Of a stretch of DNA of 64,000 nt, positions 42,301 to 50,362 are shown piece by piece. The DNA comes from Ascidiella aspersa (lineage: Eukaryota). Each line of letters opens with the position of its first letter. Position 1 is the first letter of the stretch. The position numbers and the translations under genes are program-made. Location: contig OZ004613.1 in assembly GCA_963924565.1 (NCBI GenBank), positions 25,048,001-25,112,000 of the forward strand, written 5' to 3'. The notes below the pieces were generated by a model. It saw only the letters and a program-made list of their open reading frames with translations, had not been told where the DNA came from and did no database searches.

Positions 42301-45300
42301 CCAGTTAAGAACCATTGTTTTAGACGTTAGCCGGACCGCCAAGTATAGTCTCTGTGATGTAATAGTAAGGTTAATAGGTCGATCGCGAAATTGCGGTTGA
42401 TTTTGAATGTTGTAAGATGGAGTAGGCTTAGATCGGCAAGTCCTTAAGTCAAGTGCTTCAAGACTCCTGCGAATTTTACGTTTTTATTTGGCTGGAATTT
42501 CCACTAGATTGCCGCCGGACCGGTTCATACCGCTCTCAACGCGTTGACAAAGCTGCGGTGATGTCCATTCGCCCGCATATACCGCATTCTATGCTCTCAA
42601 ATGGGCCGAACTAAACATTTGCGTTGAATTTCAACTTTCGGATATTTCATTGTAAAAGCTATTGCTTGGCATCTAAACAAAAATGTCCGGATTTAAAGGA
42701 AGAGCTTGTTAAATTATTAGCAAGTTTTATCAACTAACTATTTTTATCTATAGTTTCGTGTTATCCGAGTTTTCTTTTTAACAAATATAAAAAAATAAAC
42801 AGATAAAAACTATTTCAGCCACGATGAGCACTTAAATGTGGATATTTAGTCATTTTCCATACCTTCTTTATTTGTACACATTAAATATCCATTAAACTGT
42901 TATGGTACGACGTCACAAGCATATCAAAGCCATACTGATATGGGCATCATTTTGAGCGTTTTGAATAACTCTTGAATCAATGAATTAAGTTACTGATGAT
43001 GCTTTTAGTAGGGAAATATATATTTATCATATTACAACATCCAAACAAACTGATTTTCGGTTTACTAAGTTCTGAATTTGGATTGATCTTTATCATTGAT
43101 GTGCAAACAGAATCGTTTGCTTTCAATATTCGGACTCAGGCGGATTCTGTCATTCGAAAAACGTCTGTTAACTTTTGTATGGGCTTTGATATTCTCGTTA
43201 CGTCTTACTACAACCTCCAACCAATATGCTCCAAAATGCTATGGTACGCTTTATAGGAATAGTTATATATATTTTTTTGTAAATATATATATTTTTTACA
43301 TGTGAAAACAAAAATAGGTATAACCATCACCTTTTGAGGTCATATATATATTTTTATATAAAAAACAAAATTTTACACTTTTTTTGTGCAGACGGCCAAA
43401 CGTCAGTCTGACCCGACGTACGACTTCAACGAGAACAGTTTGTACAACATTGGCCACCAGGTGGCCAGCGGACTTCAGTTTCTCTCCAGCTCGAAGATAA
43501 TTCACGGCGACGTCGCTGCCAGGAATATACTGGTCGGCGAGGTAGGTTTACAAAAATTATAAGGGTTATCTCTTTAAGGTTTTCAGTGAAACGGAGGTTA
43601 TATTCCATATGGTGGTTAACTGGCTATGTTGCTTTTAAGGTGTGTAGTTGTGCGTAAAACCGCAAAATAATATTTAAAAATATTGCTGCTAAACATGTTG
43701 GAACACATTAGTTCCCAATAAAACACTTAATATAATAACCCTTAACTTCCACAGAACCAGATAAGTGTGTGTGGTTTCGTCCATTTCAAGGTTACACCTT
43801 TAATGATTTTGAGTGAAACGGAGGCTATTACATTTTTTAGTGAAATTGAGGTTATTCCATATGGTTAAAGTGTTGTTGTGCGTAAAACCGCAAAATTGTA
43901 ACTAAAAATAGACTTTCCATAAAATGTAAAGATATAATCTTAAGCAGATAACGATATTACAATTAAGGGTCGCCTCGAATTGTTGACAAGTACAGAAATA
44001 AAGCATGTTGAAAACATAAATAAATAGGTAGCGTAAGGAGGCATTTTGCGGTAATTTGTGGTTACTCTCCAAAAAACAACGTTTCATACATCGTTGTAAG
44101 AATATTATGGCTCGGATATTTCCCAATATACAGTGCTTTGCTTTCCCTGTACATAAAGTAAACTGTTGTGTTACTGGACGAGTGTTTTGCATAGTTTTTC
44201 AAAGCAGCTTAACTCACCAAAAAGTCGTGAGTTAATTTCCAAATGTCAAACAGATCGTCCTACACACCAGGGTTTGTAACCTTCGCTATAATTTGTCAAG
44301 TCGAACTTAAAATAAAACGTGCAGTTTTATTAAACCAAGTTCTAATTATCGCAGAACCTCCATTGTTAGATCTCCGCCGTCAACCAGCATGATAACTACC
44401 CCCCCCCCCCCAAAAAAAAAAAACTAAATCCTGAAGCTTTTATTTCACCTGCAGAACCTCCAGTGTAAGATCTCCGACTTCGGACTCGCCAATGACGTCT
44501 ACCGCTATGGCATGATCAAGGGCGCCACCGAGCGACGGGTGCCTTTCAAGTGGGTGAGCCCGGAACGCATGATGGGAGGGAAAGTACCTATTACTTGGAG
44601 GAGCGACGTGTAAGTGAAGATTTCCCAGTAGGATGGAAGATAGATTGGGATTTTGCCTTATTTTACTAACGATGAGATAAATTCCCGGGCTTTAAACTCT
44701 TACTTATCAGTAATTTACTTGCATAAATTTTGTATCGTGGGTAGATGAATCGAGCGTTGCCTAATTTTTGCATTTAAATGCGATGAATTTTTATGTCTAT
44801 ATTACTGAAAGGTCGCTTCATACTCAATTGCATTTCAAAGCTAAAAATTTCACTTCTTGGCGCTGTAAAAGTGTACTACACGAAATGAAGTGTCAAATCG
44901 CTTCTGATAGGGGACACATACTTTGCAATGAGCTAAATATGAGATTGGCAACCAATGATTTTATCAACGCGTGAAAATCTGTTTATTACGTATACCACAA
45001 TTATAGTGAAAAGGATTGTAGTCACCTTCACTATACGACAGATAAAACGAAAAATATAGACCCTTAACTGTGATGAATGATCAACAGGTCATTAATCTTT
45101 CAAATAACAGCGGGCGGTTCGAACTGTATGGCAAAATCGCCTATAGCAGTTAGGCAAAATATTCACTGATGGACTTAAACAGGGGTTCTTAAACTGGTGT
45201 CCATGGCCCCTTGGGGATCTGTGAACTAGTTTTAGGTGGTCCATGAAAGCCTCGTTGAAGTAGAAGTGTTTTATTTAAAATGTTATCAAATCTTTAAAGA

Positions 45301-46617
45301 AAAGAGTTTTATTAAAAATAAAGCGTTTTTACACAGAATATAATTGAGACTTCATTTCGCTTTCACATTTTTCGGATCGGAAAAAGCAAATTTCTGAAGT
45401 CTATTTGTTTTGTGACGTAAATTTATGACGTCACCTCTAAAAATTTGTTGCCGATGCTGGTCCATGCGAAGCCAAAAAATTCATTAGGGGGCGGGGTAAA
45501 AAAGGTTTAAGAAACCCTGCACAAAAATCAGAATTAATCACCCAAAATTTACCCTGTGTTATTTTTGCAGTTGGTCGTTTGGAATCCTTCTCTACGAGAT
45601 GGTTACCCTAGGTGCGGCTCCCTACCCCTCAATGGAACCCCGGTCTATCTTTGGCGCGCTACAGGAAGGCTACAGAATGGAAAGGCCGTCATCTTGCAAC
45701 GAATACCTGTAAGTTGGCCTAATCGGCTATGTAGTGCTTAATGCTATACACAAAACATATGTCTATGCGTAATGAATAAAATTCTTGTTTCTAAAGTATG
45801 ACTTTTATCAGTAATTATTTCGACCAATCTGAGTTTTGAACTGACTTCATTGAGTCACGTTTAACGTGTGTGCTGATTAAGTTGTCCTTTGCTGTTGCAA
45901 CTTTTTTATTGATATATTGTGATGAGACAGTGATGCAAGATAAACATTACACGATTTATAACTTTGAAAAAAAACAACAACATAAAAAGCGTCGCAAAAG
46001 TAGAAGCTGTTACTTTCTTTTTTTCCAGCTTTCAGGTTGCCGCATCTTAGACAACCTGAGAAATTTTTTGAGTAATTCAATTCATTTTAAATATTTATTT
46101 TCAGTGTCGGTTTACTTCATTTCAGTTTATTTATAAATATAATAAGTTCAAAATCGGTTACACAAAACATCGTTTTTACAGCTACGACATCATGACTCAA
46201 TGCTGGAATTGGAACGCCCTCCAGCGGCCGACCTTCAAGCAGCTCAAGGACAAACTGGCCAAGCCGCTGTCCCAACACGTGGACCCGGCTCACTTGACCG
46301 AGCAAAGGGCCATTCAGTCCACAGAGGGCCTTGATATACAGAGCTACGAGGCCGACATTGGCCGACGAGACAATGACTGCTCGTCGCCACCTAACGGCCT
46401 GCTGGAGAATGGATTTCCCGTCGGCAACGGCACTAATGGGCGACACGTGGTCGGCAACGGAATTGTGGCCACCGACGAATCGTCGCGGGCGGGAGACGAA
46501 CCCGCGACCCTTCACATTCTGAACGGATGCACAACGCACAATTGGAGCGGCAACATCCCGGTACGAATTGACTCACAGGATCAAGTGATTGACAATTTCC
46601 AGAGCGATGCAGTTTAG
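236..46617 (+). CDS. STYK1: Receptor tyrosine kinase, STYK1/NOK-like kinase domain with FN3 + 2xEGF ectodomain; 16 coding exons, ~906 aa (whole-gene span)
   Basis: Join 236-338,12185-12280,13921-13984,15228-15384,15828-16035,16979-17166,18073-18259,19319-19550,20720-20869,23288-23448,38003-38095,39087-39289,43392-43541,44455-44609,45571-45708,46182-46617 = 2721 nt. All introns are GT-AG, all phases match and there is no internal stop. Motifs [48 protein letters not shown]..RPTF. The STYK1 assignment comes from remembered motif similarity, not a search. Confidence 0.8.
1081..1405. mobile_element. hAT-like MITE
   Basis: CAGTGGTTCTCAACC...GGTTAAAAATCACTC degenerate TIR; near-TSD gcataaag/gcttaaag. 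Confidence 0.6.
9240..9690. repeat. Diverged local tandem duplication (~265 bp period) in RTK intron 1
   Basis: AACTCTTGATCTAATTTA..AGTG.TCTATGCACAAAACG and CCAAATCAAG.ACGCG appear twice. Confidence 0.75.
12185..12280 (+). CDS. RTK exon 2 (GVDYDGFLYRFVDTDANTINNLNKRSLSEVPL)
   Basis: tttttttctcccag acceptor, CTAG|gtaatt donor, phase 1-1, open frame. Confidence 0.75.
13921..13984 (+). CDS. RTK exon 3 (EDFPSSLVPLPSSPRVDFALLR)
   Basis: Long poly-T acceptor ending acacag, GAG|gtaagt donor, phase 1-2. Confidence 0.8.
15228..15384 (+). CDS. RTK exon 4, Cys-rich (CQKHIGSNIYVTAANGSSVKCAFPCKHMLGQPCSVGTGLCNRLGTNFQVLNK)
   Basis: tttcag acceptor, AAG|gtacgc donor, phase 2-0. Confidence 0.8.
15828..16035 (+). 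CDS. RTK exon 5 (DERNITLPISFGRTYSFEVLPY...DFCRSTQDMS), FN3-like C-terminal strands
   Basis: cttcgcag acceptor, GCG|gtaagt donor, phase 0-1; GC-rich coding bias. Confidence 0.85.
16600..16938. mobile_element. Non-autonomous TIR element (Harbinger-like termini) with internal CTGCAC/TTAGCAAAGCGT repeats
   Basis: GCCCGTTTACACTACAGCTGCACTGAGC ... GCTCAGTGCAGCTGTAGTGTAAACGGGC, perfect 28 bp TIR. Confidence 0.8.
16979..17166 (+). CDS. RTK exon 6, FN3 N-half (SPVDLSVEDL...VVVRWKSP...RYMVRL)
   Basis: ttcag acceptor, GTG|gtaagt donor, phase 1-0; FN3 pattern P..L.V...V.W..P...Y.V. Confidence 0.9.
17264..17522. mobile_element. hAT-like MITE, AAGTC/GACTT-repeat family
   Basis: CAGTATTGTA...TACTACACTG termini; perfect 8 bp TSD TTAAGACC. 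Confidence 0.85.
18073..18259 (+). CDS. RTK exon 7, FN3 C-half (WTLNGLEPNTAYEILLTPY)
   Basis: Classic FN3 LxPxTxY motif; CTG|gtaagt donor; phase 0-1. Confidence 0.9.
19319..19550 (+). CDS. RTK exon 8, EGF-like repeats (DVNACELGYCSQDADC...CTCKPGYTGDG; DLDAC...CQC)
   Basis: EGF cysteine spacing with DxN/DxD-type starts; phase 1-2. Confidence 0.9.
19642..19888. mobile_element. hAT-like MITE, AAGTC/GACTT family
   Basis: CAGTGTTGT...ACAACACTG TIR; TSD gatcgagg/gatcgcgg. Confidence 0.8.
19913..20207. mobile_element. hAT-like MITE (same family as 45180-45519)
   Basis: CAAGGGTTATTCAACT...TTTAAGAACCCCCG; TSD ctatatat/ctataaat. Confidence 0.7.
20720..20869 (+). CDS. RTK exon 9, end of EGF2 plus transmembrane helix (LVVGIAVGVPMVALFVCAAFLFVW) and basic stop-transfer RYRTTKKR
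   Basis: ttccag acceptor, GAG|gtgggt donor, phase 2-2. Confidence 0.9.
23288..23448 (+). CDS. RTK exon 10, juxtamembrane (ARNLKFSKFVPLRSGTYSTPQ...KWELQRNDIEKQ)
   Basis: tctttttatcggcag acceptor gives the required phase 2; WE-x-x-R pre-kinase motif; CAAG|gtatgt donor, phase 1. Confidence 0.85.
25463..25655 (+). promoter_or_regulatory. Candidate intronic promoter and alternative first exon in RTK intron 10
   Basis: 16 bp palindrome ATTGTGACGTCACAAT (CRE), a second TGACGTC, ETS site CCGGAAGTG, CpG-rich, followed by ATG G|GTGAGT. Confidence 0.35.
32124..32958. mobile_element. Non-autonomous TIR element carrying a 21 bp minisatellite
   Basis: Imperfect GGGA...ATAAGACC termini, flanking direct repeat GTTATTG on both sides, inverted copies of the 21-mer near the right end (~32813-32900). 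Confidence 0.65.
32262..32525. repeat. 21 bp minisatellite (GGAATAAGGCCTAAATTCATC)n, ~12 units
   Basis: Direct inspection; explains the repetitive ORFs MNLGLIP and DEFRPYS. Confidence 0.95.
36143..36537. mobile_element. MITE, AAGTC/GACTT family
   Basis: CAGTGTTGTA start, GACTTAAGTCAAGTCAAGTC arrays, similar to 17264-17522. Confidence 0.7.
37845..37898 (-). mobile_element. tRNA-like SINE head remnant (related fragment at ~4965-4997 on +)
   Basis: Shared GGTC.TGAGTTCGA..CTCAC.GCAGGCTAT containing a B-box. Confidence 0.45.
38003..38095 (+). CDS. RTK exon 11, kinase subdomains I-II (DVIGRGNFGVVHRATLRKDGTEKTVAVKALT)
   Basis: GxGxFG and VAVK; phase 1-1; too short for the ORF track. Confidence 0.93.
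38333..38996. mobile_element. Degenerate, partly duplicated MITE copies, AAGTC/GACTT family
   Basis: CAGCGTTGTAATGACTTAAGTC start; two similar right ends (~38710 and GCAACACTG ~38996). Confidence 0.6.
39087..39289 (+). CDS. RTK exon 12, subdomains III-V (DFLAEMSLLISLGCHDNVLGVVGVC...[18 protein letters not shown])
   Basis: alphaC Glu, HxNV, GDL; GAG|gtaaga donor; phase 1-0. Confidence 0.93.
39303..39906. mobile_element. hAT-like MITE, AAGTC/GACTT family, inserted 13 nt after the exon 12 donor
   Basis: CAGTGTTCTAA...TTATAGCACTG; TSD aaatccgg/aaatccga; internal ~44 bp GACTTAAGT repeats. Confidence 0.85.
43392..43541 (+). CDS. RTK exon 13, catalytic loop ([41 protein letters not shown])
   Basis: HGDVAARN tyrosine-kinase catalytic loop; phase 0-0. 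Confidence 0.93.
44455..44609 (+). CDS. RTK exon 14, DFG and activation loop ([36 protein letters not shown]...RSDV)
   Basis: DFG, P+1 loop, SDV split at a gtaagt donor; phase 0-2. Confidence 0.93.
45180..45519. mobile_element. hAT-like MITE
   Basis: CAGGGGTTCTTAAAC...GTTTAAGAAACCCTG TIR; internal similarity to 19913-20207. Confidence 0.75.
45571..45708 (+). CDS. RTK exon 15 ([19 protein letters not shown]...GYRMERPSSCNEYL)
   Basis: Subdomains IX-X; phase 2-2. Confidence 0.93.
46182..46617 (+). CDS. RTK exon 16, subdomain XI and C-terminal tail to stop (YDIMTQCWNWNALQRPTF...FQSDAV*)
   Basis: tttttacag acceptor; matches ORF 46192..46617; TAG stop. Confidence 0.92.
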
Positions 46618-47158
46618 AATGAAGCCAACGCGACGCCTCGTTTTCCCAGTTCCTTTTGCCCAAGGGGCTTAATCCTGTTTAAGACGAATTTTCCGGCCGA
46701 GCAAACTTTTTCTATGCTTTTATCAGGGTGTGTTTGATTCGTGATATTGTTTGTTGTACACAGTAGACCAAATACATTTTTGGCAAGTTAGGAAAGTATT
46801 TTACATTTTTAATTAAGGGTTTAAAAATGATCATGTGCGTTTTTTGTTTATTTTGTTCACTTCGTTTTACTGTAGAGAAGTTGGTTATCAAAAATCTACG
46901 GCCGTATAAATTATATTGTTTAAGTTTAAAATATTTTACTGAGCTAAACCAGCAAAAAACGAAGTTCATGTTTATCACCCTAGGCACAAATTATTTTTGT
47001 TAAGCCCAAGTGCCGTGTTTTGCGTATAGCACGTTTTACATATGTCCACTGCCTCTTTGTCGTATTTTTTTCGCTGTGCGGATTTACGATTCGCCCAATG
47101 TTCAAAACCGCTTCTTGTCAGGTGCGGACCAGGTTATCGTTGTAAAAGCACTCTAAGC

Positions 47159-47634
47159 CAGTGGTTCTCCACCTTTTTAGCTTGCTGACCGGTAAAATTC
47201 CAAAACAAATTTTGCGGACCGGCGGACCTTCATAAATCAAATCGACCCAAAACTTATTTACGACACAAGTATGCAACTTAAAAGCAAAGAACGGAAACTT
47301 CAATTTAATGAGCAATTCGCTGCTGTCTTTTTGATATCATACGTGTTATACGTGGTTCTATTGGAGTTTTTCACATACAACTGGTCTTAAAGTTTAACAT
47401 ATTGTATAGCCAACTTTTAAACAGTTGGGCACAACACTTCAGTATTGTGACGTACGATAAAGTCCAGAGTAAAGCATTATCTCTATGTTACGTCACAAAG
47501 CTGCAAATTACGGAGCTAGCGAAGTTCTAAATTTGATCTTCCACATCTTGAATTTTGCAATTGAGATACAAAATTGTAATATATTTGGCGGACCGGCCGG
47601 AAAGTTGACGCGGACCGGCGGTTGAGAACCAGTG
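47159..47634. mobile_element. hAT-like MITE in the probable RTK 3' UTR
   Basis: CAGTGGTTCTC...GAGAACCAGTG TIR, subterminal GCGGACCGG repeats, perfect 8 bp TSD CTCTAAGC. Confidence 0.88.
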
Positions 47635-47710
47635 CTCTAAGCGAACTAGTGTGTGCTGCTCAAGGTAAAATCAATTTAAAAACATATTCAGTTTTTGACA
47701 CGATGGATTT

Positions 47711-47716
47711 AATAAA
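47711..47716 (+). terminator. Candidate polyadenylation signal of the RTK gene
   Basis: AATAAA about 1.1 kb after the stop codon; not verified. Confidence 0.35.
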
Positions 47717-48044
47717 AAACATGCGAGTTAAATAGACAATATAAGGTTATGTATATAGGTTGGCGACGTGATCTGTTTTTAGTGCTCAACTTGTAACTGT
47801 ATGTCAAAACTCGCGTTTTTTTCGCTATGTTGATTATACTTTTACTTACATAACCGTAGAATTTATTTTGACCAATAATATTGAAACTGTTCGTTATTTT
47901 TCTATCGTAAATCAGCGTCCACCTTTATCGCAAACGAGAGATTTGCTGTTACTTTCGCAGCGTATTTAGATTTCTGCACAGGCGTTGACCGCTTTCAAAA
48001 CTTGTTGTGTGCTTATTTTTGTGTGCGCAGTTAAGCCATACGAA

Positions 48045-48364
48045 GTGGGCGCGTTGGCGAAGTGGTTACCGCCACTGTCCAGCAATCCTCAGATCCGGGG
48101 CTCAACTCCCGGCTGAGCACTGTACGCGTGGTGCTTGTGGGCTGAGCACCTGAAAACCGTAGCCCGAAGATCAAGCAGAGAGCGCAAGTCGCAATCAAGT
48201 TAATAATCTCTGCAACAGCGCGTCTACGAGCTGAGCTGGCGGCCGTGGAAGGAGAAGAACATCTCTCACTACTTTACAGACTTGTGTGCATGCCAGAAAT
48301 GTATGGAAACGCGTGCATTGTATTGTGGTGTATATGTAACGCGCACTCGAATATGTGTGTATGT
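48045..48364 (+). mobile_element. tRNA-derived SINE, full length
   Basis: A-box TGGCGAAGTGG, B-box-like GGCTCAACTCC, unrelated body, (GT/ATGT) tail, flanked by 11 bp TSD AGCCATACGAA (48034-48044 and 48365-48375). Confidence 0.85.
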
Positions 48365-50243
48365 AGCCATACGAACATTGCCACGTGCACGTGTTTGGTC
48401 TAAAGTACGTTTTGACTTGTTGTCGCGTAAGCCGTTCAATCCGATCGCAATAGCCTTAAAACATTATTATGTTTGACCTATCCAGCTTCTAACAATCCCC
48501 AAAACATTTTCACTGCTTATCGCGTCAACCCAAACGACAGTGCTAAATTTAAGTTTTTTTAAAGGCTTAAAACTCGAGGACCCTGATATTTGCATTGGAG
48601 AGTATTGTGAAGATTTATTGGTCACCCAAACCCGTCCGCATAAGTTAGGGTTGCCGCAAAGTCTTTGAATCTTTAAAAGTCTTTAAATGCCTTTATTGAT
48701 TTACGTATTAAAACGACTTCTGGAAACCCTATATGTTTTTCAAACGTCTTTGAATTTATTTTATGCTGTCAAAAAACAATTCCATAATGATTTAGTCGTG
48801 TTGACCATGGCACCTATACTGTTTGTTTTTTGATTCAAAAAACCTCAAACGATTCAATTTAAGGTTTTTTAAAACCCTTCGAATCGTTTTTAAAAAGTTG
48901 TTGAATGTTTTAAATTTTTTTTTTGTGTGACAATAAGGTCGACGTTCTATTAGTTTCTCAGTTTTGTCGATATTATTTATTCAACTACTCTCCTAAAAAT
49001 GTAGATGGTAATGTTATAGACTGGTTGATGAACGATACGTGATTCGATAGCATTTGACGATCTAAGTTTGTCTCCTAAAGTGATTAACGACTCTGCACAT
49101 TCTATCCAACCCATTCCCTCAATGTTTTAGTGTGCGCAATTTGGAGGCGTGCAATTTAGCGAACTTCCCTTGCTCATTTTTAAACTGTTTTATTTCTCGT
49201 TTTTGATGTGTACATATCTTTAATTGACCTGCAGTTTTGCCTACCGAATTTATCTACTTTTCCTTTTTTTCGCAAATCACGTGATGATATGATTGTTCCA
49301 TTTTTGGTCGGCAAGAGATTATGTTGCACGCCTAATCCTGTGGCAGAAGGCAGTGCAATTATTTTTCCCACCGCCGCTGTTTTGTTGCTTTCTTTCAAAC
49401 TGCGTATAGTTATATCTCGCAAGGGCGCATCCATCAGTGTAATAGATGACTTCGCTTAAGATATTGTGAATTTTGCGCGAAAATACAATATACCTCCGGC
49501 TGTAAATCCTTTGTGACAAAGTTTAAAAAAGATCTTTCGATCGTGTCTTAAAGCTTCGCAATAAGAATATGACTGAAATTTATTAGATTTGTTTAGTTTA
49601 GAAATTTCACGTTTAAATTCAAAAAGAAAAGTTCGAACTGAAAATCTGCTGCAGTAACAATCAGGAAAACAATTATATTAGCCCTATTACCACAACAACT
49701 TATGCTTGAAGCCTCTAATCGCCCATTACCTGCGCGCTTCTAAAATGGCTGCGTTTGGTTTAGTGCAGGACACAACTATGGGCAATTTTAGTTGAGTTTC
49801 ACATGGAAATCTTTAATCTCATCTTTGTAGTAAGAAAATTACACAGAAAAATCAATTTGGAGCTGTAAAGGTAAGTGTTAATGTGCTGTGTGCGACAAGT
49901 ATTGACGGCAAGTTTAAAAAAATGCTAAACCAAAGTGATAGGTGCAGACCGTAGAAGGTAATCCACTGTGTTAAATGGATTAAACTACATTAAACTTTGC
50001 CTCCTAAAGATTTGAAACATGTTGTTGAAGTTAGACAAATACTTAACGTGTTGTGAGTTTTGGATGAGCATTGAGCATGTAGTATATAGTACTTAATGCA
50101 TTTTCTAATTTACCTGTGCAACTCGCTTTTAATAGTTTTTATTAATTCGTTATAATTCGGCGTCTTCTAAGCAATCAAAAAAACAAATAAAGCATATTTA
50201 CCCAACACAGAAACAGACATCACTCAATTTCATGCTATATATA

Positions 50244-50249
50244 TTTATT
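50244..50249 (-). terminator. PolyA signal of copy A
   Basis: AATAAA on the minus strand ~115 nt after the stop; the equivalent AATAAA in copy B is near 58282-58287. Confidence 0.6.
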
Positions 50250-50362
50250 TATTTGGAAGGGGAAAGGAACATTATATTACACAAAGTAATACAACGAGGT
50301 AGAGACACATTTCAAGATGGAAATTTATATTGGCTTCTTTCCCCGGGAAGCTAGACTTCTGT

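Noticed and set aside
43555-43900. Short duplicated segment after exon 13
   Set aside because: An ordinary local intronic duplication without splice-site content
236-46617. Calling the RTK TIE, RET or FGFR
   Set aside because: No Ig or cadherin domains were seen, the FN3/EGF order differs from TIE, and the [8 protein letters not shown], FLW and SPER motifs fit STYK1 better; a phylogeny is still needed
48045-48120. tRNA gene (also 56530-56605)
   Set aside because: The tRNA-like head continues into a shared ~250 bp body with tail and TSD, and there is no poly-T terminator, so it is a SINE
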